64,000 bases of DNA from the human T2T-CHM13v2.0 reference genome, Homo sapiens, in assembly GCF_009914755.1 (NCBI RefSeq), contig NC_060928.1; one strand, 5' to 3'. Positions 14,001-27,729 of this stretch are shown here, piece by piece. Positions within the stretch are counted from its first letter, which is position 1. Every line of letters starts with the position of its first letter. A program made the position numbers and the translations under genes. Under the pieces are notes generated by a model. The model saw only the letters and a program-made list of their open reading frames with translations, did not search any database and had not been told where the DNA came from.

Positions 14001-15311
14001 TAGGATGTTAAGCATTTTGGAAAATATTGTGGGGGCACATATAATTATTATTTCTTTAGGGTAAAGTACAGCTAAGCAAGGATAGGCCAAATGTCAAAGA
14101 GTGGTCCAGAAGTCAGACTGAGAGTTCAATTTCCTCACCCACTGACCGCACTCACTGAATGCCTCTGAAAAACCATGACTAATCACTTCTTCTTTTCAAG
14201 TATCTTATGAGGATATCTTTCTTAAAAGTATTTTATTCAGTTTCAAAAGATTTTTTATTACCTAATGCCTTTTCTCTAACTCAAAACAAATAGTACTTTT
14301 CAGTAATCGTTGCCCTTTTCACATCAATCCTTCTCCACATTGGTTGAACAATACTCTTTGGGAAAAAATAAACTGGATAGTACAACATATAGTAAGTTGA
14401 ATATATAATATCTTCTTCTAATAGGTCTTCACATTTTTGCATCAAACTTGTTGTCTTAAATTCAACATCTTCTTTTGAGTAATAATACTTATGAATAACT
14501 TATGGAAAACATTGTTAAAGGTGAAAGTATCATAGAAACAAGAACTCCAGGGCATTTAAATATATCGCGAATGAGGCTTTATAAAGACTATGAATGCTAA
14601 TTTGTATATCAAATATAAACAGGGTTACTAGTGAAAACAAGGTCCAAATAGGGTAATTCAAAATAGCATATTCATATCTTTTTAAACATCCCTCAGAAAA
14701 CTATATTTGAAGCAATCAGGATAATCTACATATTTCTTACAAAAATACATTTGTTTTACAAAGAGCAAGATGAGCAATTAAAGTAAAACTATTAAGGATG
14801 TTGTAAGTGTCTGGGGCTAAGATTTCAGAATTAGAGTTTGGGATTAAGAAGCAATTTCTTGCATACTAAAGTTGTAAAGGTGTCAATATGAATGTGTGGC
14901 TTCCTTGAATAGTGCTCATGTATGCAGAGATCGGTGTTGATAATGCAACTATTATCATTTTTGTGATTTGGTTTGGAAAGGACAGGAAAGGATAATTGTA
15001 TAAGAGAAGCAATGGTACAAATCAAATGAAAATTCAGATGATCAGCCAGGTCCAAGATGCATGGAGAATGAAGACAGAAACTTGTGAAAGTTTTTGTTTG
15101 TTTGTTTGTTTATTTTTAAAAGAGGGATTGATATCTGAGGAAGACCAAGTTACTGGAAGTCTTCAACTTGGAAGTCAAAGAATAAATAGGAAATATGTTT
15201 ATAGAGAATGTTAGCTAAAATTTTCAGACATTTTAGTTTGCAGGGCATGACAAGATGGAGGGTAAAGCTGTAAGAGTGGGTAGTTGTGAAAGAAATGCAA
15301 AGGGAAATTAT

Positions 15312-15884
15312 TGCATTAGTGATCTATTGCTGTGTTACAAATCACAAATTCAGTGGCTTAAGACGATATTAATTATCTCACAGTTTCTGTGAGTCATGAG
15401 TCCAGTTACTGCCTAGCTGGATTCTCTTCTTAGGGTCTTACAGTGCTGCAATTAATGTGTTGGCTGGAGTGTGTTCTCATTTGAGATTTGACTGTTGAGG
15501 AATCTATTTCCAAGCTCACTCGGATTACTGGAAGAATTTCCTTGCAGTTGTAGGATTGAGGGCTCTGGCCTCTTGTTGGTTGTGAGCTGAAACTGCCTTG
15601 AGCTCCTACAGTCAATTCTCATCATTTAGAAGCTATTCGCAGTTCCCAGAGGTCACCTGAAGTTCTTTGCCATATGAGCTTTCCCAACATGGTTTCTTAC
15701 TTCATCAAACCAGCAAGGAGACATATGCTAGGGTGCCATCCCATCATCTTTGCCATAATCTGTTGGTTAGAAGTAAGTTACAGGCTCGCCCTGTGATTAA
15801 AGTTGGGGCGGGGGGTGGATTACACAAAGATGTGAATGCCAGAAAATGGGGATCATGAGTTCACCTTAGAAGCTGTACACCTCA
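15312..15884 (-). mobile_element. MLT1 (E/F-like) MaLR solo LTR
   Basis: tgcattagt..ctattgctgtgttacaaat...agtggcttaa...ttatctcacagtttctgtgagtcatgagtcc...ttccaagctcactc. Confidence 0.75.
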
Positions 15885-18799
15885 ACTGATAAGAGAAAAA
15901 CTCTCAATATAGTATGACTCTGAAGTTTTCCAACTTAATAGAATGAACCAGTTTCATTCTATTTAGTAATGCAGGGCATTTAGTAAATGCAGGGCAATCA
16001 CTAAAAAATAACAGAGTACAAAAGTTGACATAGCTGTCTAGTCTGAATCTAAGAAGAGCAGATTTTTATATTTGACTGGTGGAATAAGGCAGGAAACAGC
16101 ATTTGCCACAGAAAACGAGAACTTAAACCAGGGCTCATGAAACTTGAAAGAATCAGCAGCCTCCACTGCAGAGGCTTCAGGGAAACTGTGGTTAGAACTA
16201 AAGAGCAGAGAGATTATTTTGTGAATAGGTTGATATGTGACACATGTTTTTTACCATGGCATGAGTTAGAAAAGCCAGTGGGAAAATGAGATGAAGGACA
16301 GCAGAGGGGAATGTAACTTGTAAATGTAAAAGTAGCTTGTGTTACATTTCCATCCATTTCCAGTTCATAAGCATTTTCCTCTATCCTTTCTGTTACTTGT
16401 TATATATGTGTCTCTTAAAAATAGCAGGCCTGATGTTTCTGAATCTTATGGCCCTTTAATTATTTGAAGACAAGTTTCACATCTTCTCTCTTTCAGAAAA
16501 GGTGTTGTGAGAAAGAGGCTTACTTTTAGTCCAGCATTAAAGGATTTTATATTTTTTATAAAGGATAAATTATTTTAAAAGTCTTAGACAAGGTCTGTCC
16601 CCTCCCTGCTGAGCCTGTGCAAACTCTCAGGAGATCCCAGTCACTCTCTCTCCTAATAAGACTTTCTGTCTTCTCTTTCCTAGTTCTTTCTCTCTCTTTC
16701 TCAAATTACAGTGTTGCTTTAGGAGGATTGAATATAGAAAGGGTTTGAGGCAAAGGTGGTAAGAAGGATTGTGATGGAGGAGGGAAAGCACAATATTCTC
16801 CTTTATTTGTTCCTCCATCTCAAACCTGAGCAGGAAAAACAAAACAAATAAACAAAGCAATGCCAAAACAAAAACCTTTTATTAAAGAGAAGATTACGGA
16901 AAGATACCTGTTCTGCATGGTTGGTACTGACAGCTACATCATGAGGGAAAATAATTGCTTTTAAGTCCTTTTCTCTCCCTTCCAAAAAAAGTATACTGGT
17001 TCTCAGAAATCCTTGTTAAATAGAGAAGAAAAAAATCGTCTGGTTAGTCAGACTTCAAGGTCAAAGGAGGTATGCCTGGGTGCAACATAAGGAGTTCATA
17101 TACTGAATGACTCCTTTTAAAATTAGTCTCATTCAAAGTAGCAATTTTCACATAATCATTTGATTAAGTGCTTCAAATAACAAAAATTGGAATGGAATCA
17201 ACTTCTTAGAAATTTTTTGTTGTTGCTCTATTACTTTGAATATTCAAACGGGCTGTAAAAAAAATCACTGAGATGTTCCAAAAATGAGCTGTGGAGCAGT
17301 ATCTAGAGATTATGGTCAAGAACAGCCCACATTGGATGACCCTGACTTATTATGTAACACTTGGCTTATCCACACTTGGAATAGTACTTGTTTGGATACC
17401 ATGTGTGCAGTTATTCTTGCCAGGATGCCAACAGTGTAGCTGTCTTTTAACGAACCCTATACTGGTGGTCTCCAGGTGGTTGAATGCTTCTAACCACTTC
17501 AAATGTGTTTGTTTTACAATGCCTAAGTAAATTATTTAATGAAGGATTATGGAATACAACAAAATAGCTACTTGAGGAAAACCAAAACAACATTATGATA
17601 AAGTATATACCAATGTTCCTAATAGTTACTTAAGCATACACATGTAGCTAATTATCTATTCTTGACTAATTTGTAATCTCTGTACCCTAGCGTCATTTAT
17701 TTTTATATTTCATTCATTTAGTAAGCACTTGCAGAATGCTTACTATATGCCAGTCACTGTTCTAGGTGCCTGGGTACAATAAGTGCAACCAAATACAGTC
17801 CAGTCATCATGGAACTATTGTCTTAGGTGAAGAGAGGCATACACTAATCACATAAGCATGCTCAAAAGTAAAAATCACAACCCTTCAATTATTACAAAGG
17901 GAAGACACATGGATGCTGTTTTCAGAGCACTGTATATGGATGGCTGCTGGTGACTGCGGGTCCTCTTATGACCCTTACAGCTAGGTAGCAAGTTTAAGTC
18001 CTCCTGATAGAAGAGTTTTCTCATGCCTGTTCCTGATCTAGTCCATCCCTCAATGCCTTTCAGAGACCTCACCCAAACTTTGAACGCTCAGTTTCTCCAT
18101 CACTTTTTCCCTAGTCTGAGTAGCTTCTCCATCAAGTCCCTCTCCTTTTGTGTCCTCTGAATCATCTTGTTACTAGGAGCAGAAAAATTCAGGCTTCAAA
18201 CTGACTTCCAAATCTTTCTGTCTCAAACAGTGGCTGATGACTTCACTCTTTGTAAAGGTCTTTTGGTTGACGGAAGCCATGTGTTAGGAAAAGTGCCTCA
18301 GAGTACTACTGAGAAAGCAGAGGGAGAGACAATACTCAGTAAATACACAAAGCAATTCTTTGAGGTGTAACCCTACCATATTAGTAAAGCACATAGGTAG
18401 GTATCTGGTACAGAAGGAGGGATAGTGAATTGTGGTCAGGCACAAAAGGATGGAGTTCAAAGCAGCAAATCACAGATGAACCAATCTGTAGGAGTGAAAA
18501 GATCAGAATCATAGCAAGATGGAATCCAGTTACATTAATGAAGTTTGACAAATGTATGAAATTCTAACAGTGGGCATTCTGGTGGTTTTCTGTGTCAGGA
18601 ACAAATCATAGTAGATTTGCCAATATAGAGTGGGCAAAATCAGGTGATTAGTGTTCATGGCTGAGGTGGGAGGGTGAAGAGATTCAGACGAAACTCTTAG
18701 CAAAGTCTTATCAAAATCATATAGTCCCAGATCTTGTCTAGGGCTTTTGACATAATTATATCTTATAATGCTGAACTAAAAGAAAGTCCCTGTCTCACA

Positions 18800-19095
18800 A
18801 CACTTTGGAAGAGAGAAGATGTGACCATTTTCTGTAAATAATTAAAGGGCTGTGATACTTCAAAACATTAGTCCTATTGTTCAGGATCCAGAGAGCAGAG
18901 ATAGAATTTTGACAAATAAGGAATTTTCTAACAGTGGGCGCTGTTTGATAATGAAAGAGAATACCTTGTGAGGCACCTTGTGTGAACATATTCAGAGGCT
19001 GCACGGCCTTTTGTCAGGGATGAACAGAAATTCATGCATCAACCGCAGGATTGAAATGAACTCTAAGCTTCCCTCCTACTTCACAATTTCTAGGG
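18800..19095 (+). mobile_element. L3/CR1 LINE 3' end
   Basis: ttaaagggctgt...ccagagagcaga...aataaggaattttctaacagt...cagaggctg...ttgtcagggatg...atgaactctaagcttccctc is collinear with the recalled CR1/L3 3' consensus. Confidence 0.65.
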
Positions 19096-19669
19096 TGAAC
19101 ATTCTCAACGAAAAAATCTCCTTCAAAGGACAGTGGTTTTACAGTATACTTTTATGAATTTACTGTTTTATAAGCACAATGACAAGACATTTAAGAAATA
19201 ATAATACAACTGAAAATGAAATGTGTTACTTTGATTTTGATTTTCAAGTTGGTATGATAGATTTTTCTGGCTTTACATTGAACACTTATGGTATGTCTTA
19301 GGAGAGGAGTTAGGGGACTAAATGAAAAAGTGCAGAATCGTTAATAGTATTTTTAATGTCTGATGCTCCAAATGCTGTTTTGTTTTGTTGAAATTTGCAG
19401 AAGTTTAGTTCTCAACTCCATCATAAGCCAAATAATTTAATTTATCATTGCACACAAAATAGGCATCGTGTATTTTTTGGCATAAAACATGGTTACATTA
19501 GATAATGTAGAAAAATTTGGAAATGACTACTTCTCTTTCTCTCCAATGTTGACTGCTAGAGATCCAGCAAATACTCTTTAATTAAGGCAGGCTCTCCAAA
19601 ACAAAATCCCCTTCTGCCTGAGTTTGCTTCTAGAATGTAAATACTTGAACATAGTCACTGATGACTAAT

Positions 19670-19695
19670 GTGTGTATATATATATATATATATAT
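19670..19695. repeat. (TG)/(TA)n microsatellite
   Basis: gtgtgtatatatatatatatatatat, read directly. Confidence 0.9.
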
Positions 19696-19804
19696 CACTA
19701 TATGTACAAGGCATATAAAACTCTCAATTTAAGCTTTATAAACTGTTCATTTCTGTGATTTATGTCTTTCTGAAGATACGTTCCATGTCTAAGTTCTTGT
19801 TTTT

Positions 19805-20645
19805 TATTCATTCACATATTTGTTGATTTCCTACTATGTGCAAAGAGCTGTGTTAGATACTCTAAGGAATACAAAGGTGTATAAAATAAGGCATTTTCTT
19901 CCTGGTGATTTTAATATTGGAGTATAAAATAAGATAACTACACAGAACCAGAGCTTAAGGTATAATAGTATCAGATAAGCACGTTAATAGTGGTATAAAC
20001 CAAGTATTTGTGAGATCAGAGGAGAGACAGACCTCTTACTGAGGAGACCCAATTGGGCTCCTGGAGGAAGTACCATTTGATTGGAGCTCTAAAGGATGAG
20101 TTGGATTTTATAAGTAAATATGGGGTGTTAGATTTTTATGGAATGACATTCTGACATTCAAAAAGGCAGGAGAGAGAGAGGAATGTTCAAGAAATAGTGA
20201 TCAGATCCGCTCAGTTGGATTCTTACAAATAAGTCTGGGGTCAGATCAAGCATATGCTTTCAGCATCAGGCTAAGGGGTTTAGACTTGAGTTTGTAGAGA
20301 ATGAGATGTTTGAAACAGTTCTTTAGAAAAATCAGCCTGAGAACAGTTTTCAGGGGAGTGATGTCAGGTAGAGAGAACTGTTAGAAGTATGAGGCTGAAG
20401 ATAATGGTAGCAGAAATGGAATGGTATGAAAAATATTGGGAAGACTTAATCTACAGAATTTAGTGTATTGGTACGGGAGGGAAAGTGGAAGGAATATGGA
20501 GAGGTTTGCAGTAATTTCAAGGTTTAAAGTTTAGGTGATTAATAAGACATTAATAACATTGACAGAAATAGCAAAGAGAGGATAAAATTTTGAATTTGAA
20601 TTTTTGAATTTAGATGTTTTGATTCTGAGATGCTAATAGCATATC
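19805..20645 (-). mobile_element. L2 fragment(s)
   Basis: attcattcacatatttgttgatttcctactatgtgcaaagagctgtgttagatact...ggctcctggaggaagtaccatttga...aaggatgagttggattt. Confidence 0.65.
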
Positions 20646-20664
20646 CACAAGAAAAATCTTCAAG

Positions 20665-20890
20665 CATAAGAATAAAGATATCAGGCTCTGAAGTAAGACA
20701 CATCTAGGTTTGAATGCTTCTCTACCACATATTGGGTAATTACTTCTTTTTGAGCCTTGGTTTCTGATCTGTAAAATAGAGCTCACTTTAGTACCTGAAT
20801 ATAGGTTTGTGTGTCAAGTAAATGAGGTAATTTATGTAAAATTCTTCTCATGAGGAGGGATATAATGTGGCTTAATATCAGTTAGCTAGT
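20665..20890 (+). mobile_element. MIR
   Basis: ggctctgaagtaagaca..ctaggtttgaat...tgagccttggtttctgatctgtaaaatag...aaatgaggtaatttatgtaaa. Confidence 0.65.
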
Positions 20891-21522
20891 TCTGCTGATA
20901 ACATTGCTGTTAGTAGGCAGGAGAAAACATGAGTTTGGAGAGTGTGACAGAAGCTAGGACTAAAAGTACAGTTTTGCTTGTCATCCTTGATTCACGGTTG
21001 CTTGAAGCCACTTTAACGGATGAAAACAATGATCCAACCTTGGGGAAATAGCCACATTCAGGAGATAAGAAAGAATAGGATTCATTAATAGTATCAGAGA
21101 AAGAGTTACAGGAGATGCCAGAGGAAAAATTCTTTGTGGGATTCTAACCAGGTACATTTCAAAAAGAACTAGCGAGCAGGGTTAGTTACCTTTTGCTAAA
21201 ATCTCAAGGAGGATGTGGGTGAATAGAAGGCTACTGAATATTATTTAGGTCAATGGTACCACTCAAAGGCATGTAGCAGAGGAGTATTTTTGGATTTTAG
21301 TCTTTGGCAAGACTTCCCCCAAACTGTTTAATTTGTGGTATCACATTTCATGGTGTCAATTATGTTTGTCATTCACCACCTTGTACCTAGAAGTCTTAAA
21401 CATCTGAGTTCAGCCATATTATAGGTTGAGAATTTCTAAAATTTTCTACAAACCTTCTAGAGCTATCGGAGACTCTAAATGTAGCCATCATTCTTATGCT
21501 TGCTTAAAAGGAAGGTAATACT

Positions 21523-21830
21523 GGCCGGGCACAGTGGCTCATGCATGTAATACCAGTACTTTGGGAGGCTGAGGCAGGCAGATCACCTGAGGTTTGGAGT
21601 TCGAGACCAGCCTGACCAACTTGGAGAAACCCTGTCTTTACTAACAATACAAAAATTAGCCAGGCGTGGTGGCACATGCCTGTAATCCCAGCTACTCAGG
21701 AGGCTGAGGCACAAGAATTGCTTGAACCTGGAAGGCGGAGGTTGCGGTGACCTGAGATTGTGCCATTGCACTCAAGCCTGGGCAACAAGAACAAAACTCC
21801 ATCTCAAAAAAAAAAAAAAAAAAGAAAGAA
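21523..21830 (+). mobile_element. AluSp/Sq, full length
   Basis: Complete dimer with Sp-type positions (cctgaccaacttggagaaacc, gttgcggtga, ggcaacaaga). TSD aaaaggaaggtaatact (21506-21522) / aaaagaaaggtaatact (21831-21847). Confidence 0.95.
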
Positions 21831-22634
21831 AAAAGAAAGGTAATACTAATACTTTGAAATTAAATGGCTCTTTCTATTTTAATGCATTTTTACTTGTACT
21901 AGTTAATTTTATCCTTACAATTACTGTATTAGTTAAGTAGAAGTGTTCTAGTTCCCCATTTTATATACAAGGGTCCTTAACTTTCAAAATGTTAAAAAGT
22001 CAGAAAGTGAAAAGAGTTTGAGTTTGAATTTAATAGTTAAGAGCTATTATTAATAGCTAGTCAAGAATTTGCACCAAAACATTCCCTTCTTTAGTGATCC
22101 TCTCTTTCCTTCTTTGAAATCTATCTCTGTCTTCTCATTTGAAAAAATCCCTTCTTGCATCTCAATTACTCCTTGTTTTTTTTTTAAATAAATATCTTTA
22201 ATTGATACCCTGTATGAGTAATCATTTTAGGCTAGAGATGTGAGTCCAAGCTATACTTTTTATTGAGGTGAAAGAGGAATGATGAACTCTAAATAAGCTT
22301 GATTTTTGGCTCTGCTAAAGAAAAGACAGAAAGAGAGAGAGAGAAAAAAACACCCTATGATTAGGGTTTAGCAAAAGCACTAGATAGCCTTGGTTGTCAT
22401 GGAGACCACCACAGCCACTACTTTATATGCAGATAATGTGCAGGAAGGGTAGGCAGGAAAGATTATATATCTATATAGTTCACCAATGGTGAAATGGTAG
22501 CAATAAAAAAGTGACTGGCCTTGGGAGATAGGAATAGCCAACACAGGTGATGGCAGGAACAAATTTGAAGCCAGAGGTTGAGGGAGAGGTTTTGGCTGGG
22601 AATTCCAGGCGGGCAGTGTCTTTGAAAGTCCTTA

Positions 22635-23022
22635 TATGGTAGTCATTAGTGCTGCTTATCAAATACTTCTGGCTTCCTTCCTCCTGAGTACATGATAGGA
22701 CTAATACTTCTGGCACCTTTTTGGGTAGGGGGAGCCATGTCATTAGTTCCAGCCAAAGAGCTATCAGCAGAAGTGGCATGTGCCATTTCCAGGCCTAGAA
22801 TTTACCTGCTTGGATAAGACACTCCAGAGCTTGGTGTGCCTTCTGGCTCATTGATTGGCAATATCCATGAGCTCAGGTCCCTCTGTAACTATGAAGAGGT
22901 GAGCCTCCCAGTTGATCCATGGTGGACATGCAGGGCAGGAAATGAGCCCTTGTTATTTAAAACCACCGAGATTGTTGGCTTGTGTTTTACCTCAATGTTG
23001 CCCAGCCTGTTTTAAGTAATAT
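22635..23022 (+). mobile_element. Old MLT1 (I/J-like) LTR
   Basis: gccatgtcattagttccagccaaagag...cagaagtggcatgtgccatttccaggc...tgttatttaaaaccaccgagatt. Confidence 0.65.
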
Positions 23023-23068
23023 AGCTAATAAATGATGAGGGTAAAATTGGCAGGCTATATATAAGAAG

Positions 23069-23613
23069 TTTTTCCAGTTATCCATTGTATGTAACAAACC
23101 ACTCCAAGACTTAGTGGCATAAAAATAACAAAAGTTCTATTATGCTTATGGATTCTGTGGGCTCAGAATTCAGAAAAGCCAAAATGGGGCTGGCTCTTCT
23201 CTGTTTCACAGTGGCTGGGGCCTTGGTTGGGAGGACTGGAATGACCAGGGTTAGAATTATCTAACCTGGTGGCTTCTTCATGTACATGTCTAGCACGTGG
23301 GCTTGATGGCTGAAGGATAGGGTCAGCTAGGCCTGTCCAACAAGCACCTCCATGTGGCTTAAGCTTTTCACAACATGATCAAAAGAATTTGAGAGGAAGC
23401 ATCCAGAGAGCAATTATTCCAGAAGTCTAGTGGAAGCTTTTTGGTCTTTTATTACACATGGCATCAGCTCTGTGCATTGTGTTAGTTATGAGAAAGTCAT
23501 TAGGCCAAGACAAAATTCCAGGGGTGATGGTGGTAGGGGGGGGTTAGAGTTAGACTTCACTTCTCCGTGGGAGGAATGTCAAAGAATTTGCAGCCATTTT
23601 TTTAAAAGCCATA
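23069..23613 (-). mobile_element. MLT1 (H-like) LTR
   Basis: tttccagttatccattgtatgtaacaaaccactccaagacttagtggcataaaa...gggaggaatgtcaaagaatttgcagccatttttt. Confidence 0.75.
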
Positions 23614-26600
23614 ATGGAAGGGTAAAGAAAAGATTGCATAGTCACAGAAGGAAACACTTGTATAATGTGGTCAAATCACGGTTCATTTCATAAAAACAAG
23701 ATGCTATTTTTGTATAGTGTTCTGCAGCTTATAATAAACGTTCACATGCCTTATCTCATGTGATCCTCCCAACAGTTCCATGATGTAATGCAGGACAGTT
23801 ACTTTTATCTCTAGAAAGCAAAAGAAGAAGAATAATTCTGAGAGGAGTCTGAACTAACTAAACGCTATACCACTGAAATGGATATATAGACATTTAAATT
23901 GATCTTCTAATACTTCAAACTACCAATAATTACTCTGGATTAAACAAATAAAATTGTATGCTCACTAGTTATTAGGCACTTTCTTTGGTGCTATGAATAT
24001 ACAAAGATGAGTTAAATATTTTTTCAAGATCTGGAAAAGGCAAAGTTGTAAACAGAAAACAAAGCCAAAGGCAGAATGGCATAAGAGCTAATGATAACGG
24101 TCCAGTGACAAGAATATGTAGAGGAAGAATCACTTAGTTTAGATGATGAGAAAGTGGTATTTAAGCAGAGTCTTGAAGAATTAGAAATGTTTAGATTGGT
24201 GGAAAAGGTAGACAGAACTTCTCCAGCATGTGCAAAGGCACAAACTACTTGTGTTCAGAGTTTACTACTGAAGAAGAAACTGTGACTGGAGTATAAGGCA
24301 AAAAGAAAAAAAAAAAGAGTAGAGGGGAAGCTGAAGGTGTACGTTAGTCAATTCACTTCAAATTGTCTCAAGCCTGCCTATGATGCCTTTATTTTGAGAG
24401 CTATGCAACAGAATATATTAAGTATTTTTCATGTACAAATCATTTTCCATCTTTGGAGACTACTTATTGTCACTAAGCTCTTTATCATCGCATACGTTTC
24501 TTCAAAATCATCTCAGTTAATGGTCTCACTCTCACTGCAAGCTACTGTTTTTGGTTACAAACTGCTTATCTTTCTGACAGAGTCTTTGCTAGGTTTTTGC
24601 ATCCACATATTGACTATGCGAGAAATTAATAATACTGTAGATGGTCTTGAAATTTTCAAAAATCTTGAAGGAAGAGAGAATTATTAAAGGAATAAGCAGA
24701 GAATTATTAATGAATTTTTTAGAGTCACTCTCACAATGACCTACCTCTAAAATAGCATTGAAAAAATAAAGCATCTTTCTTCTTGGCTGATTTTCAAAAC
24801 GATCTTTCTCCAGTTTTTAACACCTTTCTTTAAGCTACTCCATCTTGTTCTACCCCTACACCTCCTATCCTCTCCTCCCTCAAATTGCTAAAAATCCATA
24901 ACCTGTTTGTTTTCTGTTACCCACCATTAAATGTCCTTCTGGATGAGATGAAAAGCTTTGCACTTTCAATAAAATATTATCTCACCAGGATTTTTTGATG
25001 TAACTTTTTATGACCATTAGGAGACAGTGAACATGAAATGATTAAATAGAAATGACTTTAAAGTACTGTTGCTAGGAGTATTTAATGTATTACCTTGAAA
25101 GTGTAATGACACTGAGCATATGGATCTTATTTCATTTTATGCTCCAAACAGGAAATTACTTTTTTGCCTAAAGGAGTTTAAACTGTTGTAAAGTTCCCAC
25201 AGCATAGAGAAGAATATCGGTCCTGCAGAGAGAATGCAATGATTAAAGCAGAAGACGTCAATCCTGATCTAAAGAACAAGAACACCACACTGCCAGCAGG
25301 CTGGGGCATATTATGTGAGTGAAACCTTCTGCAGAAATCACTTGAGTATAGCAGCACAATTAAAACCCATTAATAAGAAACCAGGAGGAAGAAAACAGAT
25401 ACCCCGGACCCAATTAGCTGAACAATGAACTGCAAGAGCTGTATAGAAATAGAATCCATCATAGCACCAAGAGTTAAAATATACCATCAAATCCCTTAGG
25501 AAAATGTACAAGTACCCTGCACACACGTATACGTGAGGTTGCACAGTAAACTGGATGTATTTTTTATTATAAAATGTGGGGCCAGCTAATTTAAATAACC
25601 ATTTTTATCATTTTTATAAGGTTCAAAGTCTTATAGATATTGTTAAATATAGAATCCTAAGTGGAATGATCCAACATCTAGCTTTTACAGTTAGGATCCT
25701 GGTGCTTTGATCGGTAAAAACCTGGAGAGAGGTAAGTATCAGAATTAGGACTTTATGAAATATGCTACATGTTTCATATGTATTCCTGTTATATGGAGAA
25801 TAATTTGAGACAGAGTGCACAAGTAATTTGACCAATGTTACCCACACGGGTAACAGTACACAGTTCAGTTCAGAACCTGAGCTCTGAGCTGAGGCTGTTT
25901 CCTTTATTCACTGCTGCTTCAAGGCTCAGGAAATACCTCCTGCCTTACCCTTGAGTGGATTCAGGGTGGAAGGCATTACTCACAATTGTCCTGGTGGTAG
26001 AAGCAGAATTCCTGTATTTACTCACTGATTATTTTTGTTCTGGACATTGGGCCCCTCTGATGTTAATATAAATATCACATTAATTTTTTTAAAAAAGAAT
26101 TAATACTCTCATGGTGACAGCCACAGTTTACAAATGATGTTGCTGAAAGTAACAATACTTCACTTTAAGGAAAAAGATGCGATTGGTATCTACTAGCAAA
26201 TTAGCATACTTTTTCGTCTGAGTAAGTTTAAAGTCTTTTGCTGAATGTCTGACAGAATTATATTGAGTCAAAGCAATAAAGATGGTGATGAATTCTATAC
26301 ATTCTACCTCTTAAAGGTAGTTTTGGTTCAGAGAAGAGAATTTTGGATTACAATTACATAATTATGCCAAAATGTGTTTACAAGAATAAGTAGGCAACAA
26401 TTGCTCCTTCTTAACAACTGCAACTTTGGCAAAATGCATAACTTTCAGAGATTCTCAGGATCTAAGAGAAAAAGATTCATTAGAACTGTAGACATTAATG
26501 ATGTCTAGTTGAAAACATATTTTCAGCAGTTAGCACTTCTAGAATTGGCATCAGCTTAAATGTTTTTAATCTGCTCACATAAAAGGAAATTATATATTAA

Positions 26601-27729
26601 ATGTTCAAAGCAATTATTTTTTGTGTTTAACAAAATCTTGCATTAGGAATATGACATAGATGAAAATGAAGTACATAAAAATAAACAAATTGCCTCTCTC
26701 ACTTTTGGCAGCACCTAATTTTATGCAGTTATCTTTAATATTATATCAACTACTCATTTTTCCACAAATATGCATGAAAATCATGTTAAATATTTTTTAA
26801 AGGCATTTGCTATCTCTTGAGCGAAATTCTTGATATTCTGCTCTTATAATATTCCCAAGGACAATAAAAAAGTATACGCTGTTTTCAAGGGCAATTGCTC
26901 ATTAGCAGTGGAGCTGACATGTCCAATTCAAAGCATTGGTAAGTCAGCCCCGAGTGAAATGGACACAGCTGGATTACTTTACCTAGTTTTACATGGCTAA
27001 TTCAAAGTACAGCTTATTGATTTAAGGATAAAACATCATACCCTGTTAAACAATGTAGCTTGGCACCCATTTGACTTAGGAAAAATCTAATTCAATACAG
27101 CCAAATGTTTATATATACAAAGGAAAGTACTAAGACACTACGATGAAGATTAACAAGTAGTTTTTAAGACTACATTGCAGACATGTTTACATCACTAAGT
27201 ATGTTTTGCTTAAAGTGTTCTAGATTTCCTGAGTTATTAAAATATATAAAACAAAAATATAACTCATATACTTAAACGTATACACACATATATACCTGAA
27301 AATAAAAATTGATAAATAGCATCACATCAAACTATTTTAAAGCAGGAATATACAGAGACTGTAATGTGGAGACTTCAATAATTTGGACCAGAAGGAATAA
27401 TGGTCCTCTGTGCGAAGAGGACAGAAAACTGGGGCCAGAGCTGAGGGAATTAACCTGGCTTTTTTGCTGAGTTCGCATCAGAAGGGTGGCCAGCATCCAA
27501 CATATAATGTTCAAAGGGTGGTGAACTCTTTGGACAGAGGGCAAGGCAGAAAAGATCTGCAAGAGTAGCCACAGTCAGTATTGGGTAGATGGCCATGTGG
27601 CTCCTGATGATCTCTCAGTAGACCAGGATTATAGGGAGCAAGATGAAGCCCCCAAAAGCTGAGCCAGTGCCCCTGTGTTCTAGTCTCAGGGGATAATGCT
27701 GCTGAAGGCCTGAAAAGCACAGCTATTTA

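Noticed and set aside
22598-22639. gggaattcc plus ggcggg plus CArG box ccttatatgg (another CArG at 36517-36526)
   Set aside because: Several CC(A/T)6GG matches are expected by chance in 64 kb of AT-rich DNA, and there is no independent support.
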